From the NCBI GenBank assembly GCA_018061145.1, contig JAGOUR010000001.1, positions 76,793 to 140,792 on the forward strand: a stretch of 64,000 nucleotides of DNA, given 5' to 3'. The notes beneath the pieces are model-generated. The model was given only the letters and a program-made list of their open reading frames with translations, was not told the DNA's origin and made no database searches. Below, piece by piece: positions 19,563 to 29,685 of this stretch (positions within the stretch are counted from its first letter, which is position 1; every line of letters starts with the position of its first letter). A program made the translations under genes and the position numbers. Source of the stretch: Minisyncoccota bacterium (GTDB taxonomy: Bacteria; Patescibacteriota; Minisyncoccia; Phycocordibacterales; UBA9973).

Positions 19563-21302
19563 TTATATTTTATGACTATGCTCGTGACCTTCGCGGACGA
19601 TATGATCACGGATATATTGCTTTGTGGCACCTACCTTTTTACCTGGATTGAAAATATTTTTCTCATCAAATATTTTCTTGGTTTGTTCAAATAATCCATA
19701 CACTTTCTTGCCATACATCTGCTCTAAGAAAGGTGTACGAATAATACCATCATTGTGTTCGGCATTGGTCGAGCCCTTGTATTCAAGAATTAGATTATAG
19801 ACCTTGTCAGATAGTTCTAGTATAATATCTACAGTTTTTTCATCTTTGAAATCCATGAGTGGAATGATGTGAAAATTTCCATTACCTGCATGACCAGCTA
19901 CCGTATATGTGATCGGATATGTATCTAATATTGCGCGTAGTTTAGGTAGAAATTCTGGCAACAATTCAGGTTTTACGATGATATCATCGATGAATGGTGC
20001 GGTATGCAAATTCTGCACATGCTTGCGTAGCAATGCAAAACTCTCTCGGCGTATATCCCAGTACTTTTCTGATTCAGACTGAGAACTAGTAATACGCATA
20101 CCAAAACCAAAAGATTTAATATCTGCAGCTAGATCCTTTGCTTTTTGATCAATCTCTTTTTCGCTTTCTCCTGCGAATTCTACGAGCAATACTAGCTTTG
20201 GAAAACCTTTCCAAGTCATAAGCATTGCCTCGGGCAAGAAGCTCCACATGAATTTGATCATACCAAATATTCCCTTCTTCTTCAGAAAATCTGGGAAGAA
20301 TTTAATTGCTAATTTCATGGTAGCGTCATCATATGATTCTAAGCTCTCTGGATTGTGTGTGAGTATGCGGTCTACAAGTGAACCCAACTCTGTCAAATCT
20401 TTCATGAAGACTGCCACTAGCTTGGATGCGGGCTTTACTTTTACTAGATGAAAGGTGATTTTTGTGACTAATCCTAGTGTCCCCTGTGAACCAACAATCA
20501 ATTTTGTTAGATCAAATACTTCTTTTTCAGCATCCCACACATTCCATAAATAATATCCAGCAGAATTCTTGGATACATTTGGTTTAGCATTCTTGATGTC
20601 ATTCTTGTTGTCATTTATGATTGCAAAAATATTCTTGTACACATCACCCTCAAAATCACCTTGGGCTATCTTGGCATAAAGTTCTTTTTTATTTAAGGGT
20701 CGCACCTTATACTCACGACCATCAGTGAATACTACATCAAGCTCTTTAATATAGTCCTCTGTCTTACCGTAACCCAATGTCTTCTCGCCTGCAGAATTGT
20801 TGCCTACCATACCACCTACCGCATTGAGGCTCTTGGATGCAGTATAGCAAGGCAATAATAAACCGTGCTCCAAGGTCCTTGGTTCGAAATCACGATAATA
20901 ACATCCCGGCAAGACTGTAGCCTCGCCGGTAATCTCTACATCATGAGCATTTGGATATTTTGGTGTGATTGAAAATGGCAAAACTTTTTTGACACCCTCT
21001 ATCGCATTCATGTAGCGAGTAAAATCAATAATGATGGACTCACCTATAGCACCACCAGCCATACATGTACCTGCAGAGCGTGCAGTGAGAGTCAGCTTGT
21101 GGGCTTCATCATTGATATCTATATTTTTTTTATTTACCCATATAACCAGATTTTTTATATCGTTCGTATCCTTTGGGAACACTACCGCCTGAGGGAAAAC
21201 CACTAGCAGTGACGCATCACGTGAATAAGTCTTTAGAATTTCTTCGCTATCCTCAATATCCCCTTTGAATACTCTCTTTAAATCTGATTTGAATAAGAAC
21301 AT
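19563..21302 (-). CDS. FAD-linked oxidase (GlcD / D-lactate dehydrogenase family) with a C-terminal extension
   Basis: FAD-binding PCMH-type N-terminal region (VVFPKDTNDIKNLVIWVNK...) and overall family conservation; 579 aa. Confidence 0.7.
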   Translation of the reverse strand: MFLFKSDLKRVFKGDIEDSEEILKTYSRDASLLVVFPQAVVFPKDTNDIKNLVIWVNKKNIDINDEAHKLTLTARSAGTCMAGGAIGESIIIDFTRYMNAIEGVKKVLPFSITPKYPNAHDVEITGEATVLPGCYYRDFEPRTLEHGLLLPCYTASKSLNAVGGMVGNNSAGEKTLGYGKTEDYIKELDVVFTDGREYKVRPLNKKELYAKIAQGDFEGDVYKNIFAIINDNKNDIKNAKPNVSKNSAGYYLWNVWDAEKEVFDLTKLIVGSQGTLGLVTKITFHLVKVKPASKLVAVFMKDLTELGSLVDRILTHNPESLESYDDATMKLAIKFFPDFLKKKGIFGMIKFMWSFLPEAMLMTWKGFPKLVLLVEFAGESEKEIDQKAKDLAADIKSFGFGMRITSSQSESEKYWDIRRESFALLRKHVQNLHTAPFIDDIIVKPELLPEFLPKLRAILDTYPITYTVAGHAGNGNFHIIPLMDFKDEKTVDIILELSDKVYNLILEYKGSTNAEHNDGIIRTPFLEQMYGKKVYGLFEQTKKIFDEKNIFNPGKKVGATKQYIRDHIVREGHEHSHKI

Positions 21303-21306
21303 ATTA

Positions 21307-22227
21307 TTATTTTATTCCACTAAAAAGTTTAAGGCGATCGTAGACGACTCTTTCTACTGCCTCGACTGCTTCTGGTAAATATTTGTAAGGTGCCACCTCC
21401 TCTGGGTGATCTTTTAGAGATTTTTCTAGTGCCTCTTTGTATGCGACACGTATCTCAGTATTGATATGTACGATATCTATGCCATTCTTGATACATTCAA
21501 TAAAATCTTCGGCCATTGTTCCCGACCCACCGTGCAATACTAGAGGAATTCCTGTAGCTTCACGAATAGCTTTGACCCTCTCTGGGTGAAGTCTCGGATT
21601 GCCACCACGGACCATACCGTGTACATTACCCACAGATGGGGCGAGCATATCTACGCCAGTAGCATCAACAAAAGATTTTGCATCTTCGGGTGTAGTCATA
21701 GTAGCGTCGGAAACTCCCTCAGGAATAGTATCCAGCATCTTAGAAGATTGTCCGATAAAGCCTAGCTCCGCCTCGACGAGAATATCACGATTCTCTCTCT
21801 GGCCCACCTCACGAGCATACTCAACGCACTTTTTTGTTAGTGCAATATTATCGTCTAGCGGCAATTTGACTGCATCGATAATGACAGAATCATATCCTGC
21901 ATCAATGGCAGCCTTTACAGACTCAAAACTATAGTGATGATCACCATTTAGAAAAATTGGGTAATTATCCTTTTCTCTAATCTCTCGTATCAGCGCTACG
22001 CCCTCATCCATACCCACAAAAGCTTCCTCACCCTCCGTCATGCCAATGATGACTGGTACACCGAGCTTTTTTGCCGCATTGTATATACCATGCAAGGCTT
22101 CTAGATTTGAAATATTAAAATGACCAATAGCTACACCATTTTCATCTGCCTCTTTTATATATTCACGCAATGTTTTCATAGTCTTATTATAATTGAATAT
22201 AGAATAAAAAACAAAAAAGTCCACCAA
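21307..22227 (-). CDS. fba: Class II fructose-bisphosphate aldolase
   Basis: LVLHGGSGTMAEDFIECIKNGIDIVHINTE and class II FBA conservation. The likely true start is M17 (MKTLREYIKEA) at 22179. Confidence 0.88.
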   Translation of the reverse strand: MVDFFVFYSIFNYNKTMKTLREYIKEADENGVAIGHFNISNLEALHGIYNAAKKLGVPVIIGMTEGEEAFVGMDEGVALIREIREKDNYPIFLNGDHHYSFESVKAAIDAGYDSVIIDAVKLPLDDNIALTKKCVEYAREVGQRENRDILVEAELGFIGQSSKMLDTIPEGVSDATMTTPEDAKSFVDATGVDMLAPSVGNVHGMVRGGNPRLHPERVKAIREATGIPLVLHGGSGTMAEDFIECIKNGIDIVHINTEIRVAYKEALEKSLKDHPEEVAPYKYLPEAVEAVERVVYDRLKLFSGIK

Positions 22228-22260
22228 CGGTGTTGGTGGACTTTGATCCTTTAATAAAAA

Positions 22261-23238
22261 TTATGCTGCAATGATTCTATCCACAAATTCATGTACAGAA
22301 ATATTTTCTGGTACAAATTTTTGACCAGTGATCCTCTCGTACAAACCTATGTAGCGATTACTAACTTCATCGATTACTTCTTGTGGCATCACAGGGAAAA
22401 CTTGATCTTGCATACCTTTAAAACCTTGCCCCACGAGCCACTCACGCAAGAATTCTTTTGAAAGCTGGACTGGTGGTTCACTGTTTCGATTGCGTGTGTA
22501 ATGACCAACTAGCTCCCAATAGCGGCTTGAATCGGGTGTATGAACCTCGTCCATGAGCATCACTGCTCCACTTGGATCTGCGCCAAATTCATACTTGGTA
22601 TCAACCAAAATCAGATCATTCTTAATTGCATGTTTTTCACCAAGATCAAAAATTGCACGGGTATAACCCTCCATAGCGGAGTACTGATCCTCTGTAACCA
22701 ATCCCATTGCTATGGCTTCTTCTGGGGAGATATTCTCATCATGTCCCTCTTCAGCCTTTGTGGTTGGAGTGATGATTGGAACATCAAACATCTGATTCTC
22801 ATACATACCATCAGGCAAAATAATTCCACAAAAATTACGCTGGCCATTTTTGTACTTTTCCCATATATTAGTACCTGTGAGGTATCTGCGGATTACCATC
22901 TCCAATTTCAACGGAGTACATTTTACTCCAATAGAAGTATTCTGATTCGGTGTATCTTGTAGCCACACAGGACAAATACCTTCTGCTTTAACCTTGAATA
23001 AAAAAAAGGCAGCAATCATGTTTAGTATCTGACCTTTGTAAGGGATTTCCTGTTTTGACACTACATCAAATGCAGATATGCGATCTGTGGTCAAAGCCAA
23101 AAGACTTTCATTCCCCTCAGGGCATCGATGAGTATAAATATCTCGTACTTTTCCTCTATGCACTAATTTGTAATCAAGGACGGTGAGCTCCTTTTCAACC
23201 TGGTCGAAAAAGGGCAATTGTTTTTCAATTTTAATCAT
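22261..23238 (-). CDS. purC: Phosphoribosylaminoimidazole-succinocarboxamide synthase (SAICAR synthetase, long form)
   Basis: HRGKVRDIYTH signature and ~325-aa long-type PurC. Confidence 0.85.
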   Translation of the reverse strand: MIKIEKQLPFFDQVEKELTVLDYKLVHRGKVRDIYTHRCPEGNESLLALTTDRISAFDVVSKQEIPYKGQILNMIAAFFLFKVKAEGICPVWLQDTPNQNTSIGVKCTPLKLEMVIRRYLTGTNIWEKYKNGQRNFCGIILPDGMYENQMFDVPIITPTTKAEEGHDENISPEEAIAMGLVTEDQYSAMEGYTRAIFDLGEKHAIKNDLILVDTKYEFGADPSGAVMLMDEVHTPDSSRYWELVGHYTRNRNSEPPVQLSKEFLREWLVGQGFKGMQDQVFPVMPQEVIDEVSNRYIGLYERITGQKFVPENISVHEFVDRIIAA

Positions 23239-23348
23239 AATTTTGTTTTTAGAACTTTTTTCCTAGTAAACCATATTTTAATCTTTCTGGCAAACAAAAA
23301 GCATGCCGATTTCTCGACATGCTTTTAAAATTAAAAGGCTTATGAAGA

Positions 23349-26300
23349 CTACTTTTTGTTTTCTTCTAGCCATAGGTACATATTTTCAACTGCGCGCAAC
23401 CAGATAGATTTTTTAAACTTTTTCCAGTCTTGCGGTAAATAAGGCAAATGATGATTCGATGCGATAACTCTCTCGATATGTGGCATTATAAATGTATGAC
23501 GACCATCGAGAGTAGTGAGTCCTGCGATACCATGAGGTGATCCATTTGGACACATAGGATATTCAGAAGTATTCTCACCATTCTCATCAGCATAATGCAC
23601 AGCAACCAAACCAAGAGACATTATCTGCTCGTAATTTGATTCATTACCTAGAGTCAACTTACCTTCGGCGTGCGCACTCCATGCAGGTAGCACAGAGCCA
23701 CCAAGGCCTTTGAACATTATTGAATTTGTGTTCTCTGGTATTAGGAGTCCTACTGGCCTGTGTTCAAATCTACCACTGTCATTGTGTGTCAATCTTGGTT
23801 TTGAAAGTGGATTTATTGATAAAAAATCTTCATCAAAAATCCCCAACTGTGTTCCAACTTGGAAACCATTACAAACTCCAAATGACAAAGTATCTGGTCT
23901 TTTTAGGAAGTTCTTGAATTCTTCACGCAATATTTCATTGTGTAAAATTATTGAAGACCAACCTTTTCCACTACCCAGCACATCACCATAAGAGAACCCG
24001 CCAGCAAAAGCGATAATATCGAAATCTACAAGAGAAACGACGCCGTCTTTGATCTTCTTTATTGGTATATTTACAACCTCGAATCCTTGTCTACCAAGTG
24101 AACCAAACATCCAAGACAACTCCCTCTCGCCATTGGTACCAGGAGCAGACAAAACTGCTACGCGATATTTTCGGCCTGATTTTTGAATTACTTTTTCGTC
24201 TGGATTATGTTTTAAAATAAATCCGTCTGTAATAGGTAGTGTGATTGATTCTTCTCTTCTAAGTAATTCACTCGGAACACCACAAATCTTGTCTTCTATT
24301 TCTCTGCTCATACTAGTCAGAACCCTATCCAGACAAATTGTTGAGATAGAACGACCCTTGTGAGATATTTCAATTTCATTTCCAGGACCCTTAATAACTT
24401 CACCAATAGTATAAGCGTTTAACTTGAATTTTTTCGCAATACGCATAAATCTAAACAAGTTATTAGTCTCAACAACTATTCCAGATTCTTCATTAAACAA
24501 AAATTCACGAATCTTCGTGTGATCTAAATCATCGGGTAAAATTATCCTAGCATTTTTATTACTCGCAGATACAAACATTTTTGCAATAGCAGTTATCAGT
24601 CCTCCTTTTTCTCTTGAAATTCCAGAGGTTATAACTCTTTGAGTTAAACACTTTTGGATCATAGTAAAACAACGTTCAAAATGAGCGTATACGTTTTCAT
24701 GCTTAAAATCTGGAACTATATTCCCTGACTGACCAAATGCTTCTGCCAATGCTGATCCCCCCATTCTCATATCTCTATTTGCAAGATCAATAAAAACTAA
24801 AGATGACCCAGTATGTTTTACGCTTGGTGTTACATAATTACGGAAATCACTCATGCGAGCTTCGCCTTTGTATATTAATGTATCAAAAGATTTGATAGTC
24901 ATATCATCAAAGCTAGTGCTCATAGAGGTACTGTCTTTTCCACCATTGATACCTAGCCCGATTGACTTCATAGTATCTGTGATAGACTCAATAGCATTGT
25001 ACAATCTAGCTTTTCCACCAGGTTGTCTGAACGCCCACATTTCATTTAGGCGTCCACCTATCATGGGAATACCGCCAGGAATATGCGCAAACATCAGAGT
25101 AGTCAATAAATTTGACACTACCATCCTGGCACTTGCCTGCTCGTCTATCTGCATAGCGATAGGATTGCTAGTCGCATAGGTCACCACAGTACCCTCAGTA
25201 CCACGAAAACCATTCGACAAAATACCAAATTGGTTCACTGGCAACATATGCTCTCCGTCACGTGGACCTTGTACTACCCTACCACCAACACTACCGTCGA
25301 ATGTATTCACCATATAAGTCGGTAAACACACACCAGTCAGATTCGCAACTTTCCAAAATAAATCCTCTAAAGGCAAATTGGGAATCGCAAATTTTTCAAA
25401 TTTACGCGAAACTGTATTGTCAGTAAATGTTTTCTGAGGTAGATCACCCAAGATGTCAGCCAACTTTAAATCAACCGGAACAGAACTATCTCTCTCGTCG
25501 ACAACTCTTACCTTACCTGAATCATCAATAGTACCTAGGACCTCATAAGGGCACTCATATTCATCGCAGATACTTTGGAAGAATTCCAAATTCTCTGGTC
25601 TAATGAGTATTCCATGTAATTCCTGGCTTTCAGCAACCCAAGCTTCAAGCTGACTCATAGAAAGATCTGCTATACGCATATTCTTCATATTCAATGTCGC
25701 TCCAGCTGGATATACCAACTCTGTCAACATATTTGAAGCACCACCTGCACCTTGATCATGAATACTTTCAATTGGATTTTTATCCAGCAATAGTACACAT
25801 TTCTCAATCACATTGTATGCAGAACGTGCCACCATAGGCTCGCCTCTTTGCACACTAGCAAAATCAAGGTTTTCTTTGTTTGCACCTGCATCCATAGATG
25901 ACGCAGCACCTCCACCTACTCCAATACGATAGGTCTTTCCACCAATACGCAATACCACCATACCTGCTTGTGCATGATTTTTAGGTTTTGCTTTATCTGG
26001 TATAGAACCAATCGCTCCTGTGTAAATGATGGGCTTGATAGTTTCCATAAACTCTCCACCTACATTCAATGAGATACCATGATGCCTAAACACCAGAGTC
26101 GGCTCTCCAAAAGGATTGCCATAACCACTTGCTCCACGAATAGCCCCGCGTAATAGTTCATCAGGATTTGCTTTATTCTTTGGATAGTTATGTCCACTGA
26201 ACAATTTGCCTGTTTGAAAATAAATCGTGCCACATCCGATGAGTGAGCCAGACATGATATCTGAAATATCACGCAAGCGACCACCTACACCAGTAGCAGC

Positions 26301-27176
26301 ACCAGGTTCAGGACTAATCAGCGATGGGTGATTGTGCGTCTCGGCGGTATCCGTGATATTCATCACCATTACACGCTTGCGATACACACCATTCTCATCA
26401 GGAGACCATACTACGGACTGTTTTCCTCTGATAACACCACCATTGTCTTTAAAAGCCAATATCGCACCACCAGGATTCACCTCGTGGGTTGATTTCAGCA
26501 TTTTGAACAAGGTGGCATCTTTTTCCACTCCATCGATAATGTACTTGCCAGCAAATTCCCAGTGACGGCAATGGGACGAATTCCCCTGCGCCATCTGAGC
26601 TAGCTCTACATCGGTCGGATTTCTCTTGTATTTATTCATGAAAAGATCTAAATAATATCTCATGATAAATTCATCCATACCAAAACCAAGCTCTTCATTG
26701 ATACTCTGCAATGCGCCCAAACCATCAACACTCAGGTCTATGATTCTTGTTATTGCGGGATCTGCGTCATTACTCAAACTTACTGGCAATACTGGGTACA
26801 ACGCTTGCAACATTGGATCTACTTTTTTGCGAGAAAAATTTTCTACATCTTCAGGCAAGACAAGGTATCCATAAAATTGTTCTGCGCGAAGCACGATACC
26901 GCAACCAGATTGATTTAAAATTTTTGTGATCTTCTCACTCTCTGGTGTCTCGAATTTTAAATTTGGCCCAACATAGGCAACATCAAAACCAAGAGGCTTT
27001 TCAATCGTAGTCTCAATAGAGAAAATACTACCGGAAAAGTTTTGATTTAAAATGTTGGCAATCTTGAACAGTTCTTCATTTGTCAATTCTCCCTGTGTTT
27101 CTAATACAAAGGCAATCTCGACGTTACCATCCTTACCCGAACATGGGTAAAAAAGGTGTGTGATTTGTGTTTTCAT
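23349..27176 (-). CDS. purL: Phosphoribosylformylglycinamidine synthase, single-chain large type
   Basis: 1275 aa with AIR-synthase-related domains and a C-terminal class I glutamine amidotransferase (FGVCNGFQ). Confidence 0.92.
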   Translation of the reverse strand: MKTQITHLFYPCSGKDGNVEIAFVLETQGELTNEELFKIANILNQNFSGSIFSIETTIEKPLGFDVAYVGPNLKFETPESEKITKILNQSGCGIVLRAEQFYGYLVLPEDVENFSRKKVDPMLQALYPVLPVSLSNDADPAITRIIDLSVDGLGALQSINEELGFGMDEFIMRYYLDLFMNKYKRNPTDVELAQMAQGNSSHCRHWEFAGKYIIDGVEKDATLFKMLKSTHEVNPGGAILAFKDNGGVIRGKQSVVWSPDENGVYRKRVMVMNITDTAETHNHPSLISPEPGAATGVGGRLRDISDIMSGSLIGCGTIYFQTGKLFSGHNYPKNKANPDELLRGAIRGASGYGNPFGEPTLVFRHHGISLNVGGEFMETIKPIIYTGAIGSIPDKAKPKNHAQAGMVVLRIGGKTYRIGVGGGAASSMDAGANKENLDFASVQRGEPMVARSAYNVIEKCVLLLDKNPIESIHDQGAGGASNMLTELVYPAGATLNMKNMRIADLSMSQLEAWVAESQELHGILIRPENLEFFQSICDEYECPYEVLGTIDDSGKVRVVDERDSSVPVDLKLADILGDLPQKTFTDNTVSRKFEKFAIPNLPLEDLFWKVANLTGVCLPTYMVNTFDGSVGGRVVQGPRDGEHMLPVNQFGILSNGFRGTEGTVVTYATSNPIAMQIDEQASARMVVSNLLTTLMFAHIPGGIPMIGGRLNEMWAFRQPGGKARLYNAIESITDTMKSIGLGINGGKDSTSMSTSFDDMTIKSFDTLIYKGEARMSDFRNYVTPSVKHTGSSLVFIDLANRDMRMGGSALAEAFGQSGNIVPDFKHENVYAHFERCFTMIQKCLTQRVITSGISREKGGLITAIAKMFVSASNKNARIILPDDLDHTKIREFLFNEESGIVVETNNLFRFMRIAKKFKLNAYTIGEVIKGPGNEIEISHKGRSISTICLDRVLTSMSREIEDKICGVPSELLRREESITLPITDGFILKHNPDEKVIQKSGRKYRVAVLSAPGTNGERELSWMFGSLGRQGFEVVNIPIKKIKDGVVSLVDFDIIAFAGGFSYGDVLGSGKGWSSIILHNEILREEFKNFLKRPDTLSFGVCNGFQVGTQLGIFDEDFLSINPLSKPRLTHNDSGRFEHRPVGLLIPENTNSIMFKGLGGSVLPAWSAHAEGKLTLGNESNYEQIMSLGLVAVHYADENGENTSEYPMCPNGSPHGIAGLTTLDGRHTFIMPHIERVIASNHHLPYLPQDWKKFKKSIWLRAVENMYLWLEENKK

Positions 27177-27277
27177 TTGTCTTATTTATTTGTTTTTTCA
27201 AAGTTTTTTGTTCATTTAACCAATAAAATCAAGATAAGTCAATGGACTTGAAAAAGTAAAAATTGTACAATAGTGGG

Positions 27278-28276
27278 ATGGAAAAACAAATAGACTTTTT
27301 AGCGATTGGTGACGTAGTCACAGAACCATTTATCAGAATACAAGATGCAGAAGCGAATTGCGATCTACAGCAAGAACACTGCAAATTATGTCTTCGTTTT
27401 GGAGATAAAGTACCATATGAGAGTGCAGAGATATGTCGCGCTGTGGGCAATAGTGCAAATGCAGCAGTATCAGCCGCACGCCTAGGAGTGAATTCATACC
27501 TGATGGCATACATAGGCAATGATGATATCGGAAAAGGCAACCTAGAAGAGCTGACTCACAATGGTGTAAAGATAGACCTGATGCAGACTGTACCGGGGAT
27601 GTCTTCAAACTATCACTATGTACTCTGGTACGATGTAGAACGTACAATTCTCGTCAAACACACAGAATTCCCATATGCATTCCCTATGAACCTACCAGCA
27701 CCAAAGTGGATATACCTATCATCACTTGCTTCAAACTCTACAGACTATCATGTGCAAATCGCAGAATACCTAGAAGCTCACCCAGAGGTAAAGCTAGCAT
27801 TCCAACCAGGAACATTCCAGATGAAATTGGGAACTGAACTACTAGGCTCTATTTACAAACATACAGAGGTATTCTTCTGCAACAAAGAAGAAGCTCAGAG
27901 AATCCTAGGCACAGATAATGAACACGATGCATGCGTATTGATGGAAGGGTTGAATAAACTCGGACCAAAGATTGTAGTAGTCACAGATGGTATCAAGGGT
28001 GCATACGCTCGCGACATAGATGGATCATGCTATTTTATGCCTGTATACCCACACGACCCATACGAGAGAACTGGTGCCGGAGATGCATTTGCATCGACAG
28101 TCGCTACATTCCTATGCAAGGGCAATACATTAGCCGAGGCACTGACATACGCACCGATAAATGCCATGTCCGTCACCCTTCAAGTGGGCGCGCAAAAGGG
28201 ATTAATCTCTGAAGAAAAGATAATGGAATATTTGCAAAATGCCCCAGAAGATTATAAAATTAAGAAAATAAAGTAA
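27278..28276 (+). CDS. PfkB-family carbohydrate/nucleoside kinase
   Basis: TGAGDAFASTVATFL anion-hole motif and a ribokinase-like fold. The start is moved to ATG 27278; the ORF-track start at 27263 is a TTG overlapping the extended -10 TGTACAAT at 27264-27271. Confidence 0.8.
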   Translation: MEKQIDFLAIGDVVTEPFIRIQDAEANCDLQQEHCKLCLRFGDKVPYESAEICRAVGNSANAAVSAARLGVNSYLMAYIGNDDIGKGNLEELTHNGVKIDLMQTVPGMSSNYHYVLWYDVERTILVKHTEFPYAFPMNLPAPKWIYLSSLASNSTDYHVQIAEYLEAHPEVKLAFQPGTFQMKLGTELLGSIYKHTEVFFCNKEEAQRILGTDNEHDACVLMEGLNKLGPKIVVVTDGIKGAYARDIDGSCYFMPVYPHDPYERTGAGDAFASTVATFLCKGNTLAEALTYAPINAMSVTLQVGAQKGLISEEKIMEYLQNAPEDYKIKKIK

Positions 28277-28298
28277 ATTTATAATTTGAGTCATGAAC

Positions 28299-28327
28299 TT
28301 GACAAAAAGTATTAAATTTATTATAGT
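28299..28327 (+). promoter_or_regulatory. Near-consensus sigma70-type promoter TTGACA-N17-TATAGT
   Basis: TTGACA at 28299-28304 and TATAGT at 28322-28327. It drives the small ORF starting at 28362. Confidence 0.6.
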
Positions 28328-28361
28328 AACGAAAAATCACACAAATAAAATAACAAGCACA

Positions 28362-28607
28362 ATGGATCGTATCGAAGAAAATTACAAGAAAATCCAGAAA
28401 AGATTGTCTTGTGAAAAAAACAGTTCTAGTCAAATGATGGTTGACTTAAACGAAGCAAATCAAAATTTAGCAAACCTAACTGACACGAACGAAGACACAG
28501 ATGTTGCTGCCGATGATGGAAAAATTGGGGGTAGAGAAATGTACAAAAACATCGTCACTTCGATTGTGAACAAAGGTAGATTAAATCTAAGAGGTTTTTG
28601 CTTTTAA
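28362..28607 (+). CDS. Small hypothetical acidic protein (81 aa)
   Basis: ORF downstream of a consensus promoter. The ORF-track start at 28293 overlaps that promoter, so the internal Met (MDRIEENYKKIQKRL...) is preferred. Confidence 0.45.
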   Translation: MDRIEENYKKIQKRLSCEKNSSSQMMVDLNEANQNLANLTDTNEDTDVAADDGKIGGREMYKNIVTSIVNKGRLNLRGFCF

Positions 28608-28622
28608 AATCACAAAAAAACT

Positions 28623-28668
28623 AAACAAAAAATAACCCGAGTCTACGACAAGGGTTATTTTTTATTTT
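28623..28668. terminator. Bidirectional terminator between the convergent small ORF and transketolase genes
   Basis: AATAACCCgagtctacgacaaGGGTTATT flanked by an A-run and a T-run. Confidence 0.7.
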
Positions 28669-29679
28669 CTATTGATATATCTTACTCTTTCTATCTATCA
28701 CCTTTTCGCATGCTTTGATTATATTTGGAGTATCCATATTGTAGTGAGCGATGAGCTCGTCCTGAGTTCCCGATTGACCAAAGGCATCATCTACTCCGAC
28801 GAATTCCATATGCACTGGATAAACCTTGGCTAGGTATTCTGCTACAGCCGAACCCATACCCCCTGCTATCTGATGCTCCTCTACTGTGACTATTGCCTTG
28901 GCTTCTTGAGCAAGAGCAAGTATTGCATTTGTATCTAGTGGCTTTATAGTAGTCAGACTCAATACTTTTACTCTCACACCCCTCTTCTCTAATTCCTTTG
29001 CTGCAAATAATGCACGTGCTAGTAGTGGCCCTGTGGCGAGGATACCTACCTGGGCGAGGCCCACCTCGGGTATAAACATTAATTGAGCTTTTCCTATTTC
29101 AAAGGGAGTCTCGGGTGTAGTGATTATCGGACTCTTTTCACGAGCAAGACGGATATATATCGGAGTCTTGTTGTACATTGCAGCCAGAGTCGCCTTCTTT
29201 GCTTCTACAGAATCCGCTGGATAAACCACAGTCATATTTGGTATCACGCGCATCAGAGCGATATCCTCTATCGCCTGATGAGTACCACCGTCCGGCCCTA
29301 CAGACACACCAGCATGAGATCCTACGATGACAACCTTTTGATTATTGTATGCGATAGTAGTACGGATCTGCTCCCAGTTGCGCCCCGGGGAGAACATAGC
29401 ATAAGAAGACATATATGGGATTTTTCCCATTGCAGCCATACCTGATGCTACCACTGCCATATTCTGTTCTGCTATACCCATCTCAAAAAAACGATTTTCA
29501 AATTTTTCTTTGAATAGATTCATCTGAGTAGATTCAGTCAGATCAGCACAAAGAGCCACAACATTGTCATTGCGTATACCGGCCTCACGTAGCCCCTCGC
29601 CAAAACCCTTACGAGTTGGTAATTGTTCTACATTTGGATCAAACAAATTTGTATTTAAATGTAATTGTGGATTTAGCAT
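28669..29679 (-). CDS. Transketolase, C-terminal (pyrimidine-binding) subunit of a split enzyme
   Basis: Pyrimidine-binding and C-terminal transketolase domains, adjacent to the N-terminal subunit gene. Confidence 0.88.
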   Translation of the reverse strand: MLNPQLHLNTNLFDPNVEQLPTRKGFGEGLREAGIRNDNVVALCADLTESTQMNLFKEKFENRFFEMGIAEQNMAVVASGMAAMGKIPYMSSYAMFSPGRNWEQIRTTIAYNNQKVVIVGSHAGVSVGPDGGTHQAIEDIALMRVIPNMTVVYPADSVEAKKATLAAMYNKTPIYIRLAREKSPIITTPETPFEIGKAQLMFIPEVGLAQVGILATGPLLARALFAAKELEKRGVRVKVLSLTTIKPLDTNAILALAQEAKAIVTVEEHQIAGGMGSAVAEYLAKVYPVHMEFVGVDDAFGQSGTQDELIAHYNMDTPNIIKACEKVIDRKSKIYQ

Positions 29680-29685
29680 AAAAAA

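Noticed and set aside
27263-27277. ORF-track N-terminal extensions starting at TTG (27263; ~52387; 63258), and long N-termini of gap (33328), hpf (8418) and fba (22227)
   Set aside because: The extra residues overlap recognisable -35/-10 promoter elements or palindromes and lack homology. Conserved protein N-termini begin at internal ATGs with a leaderless or short-leader geometry.
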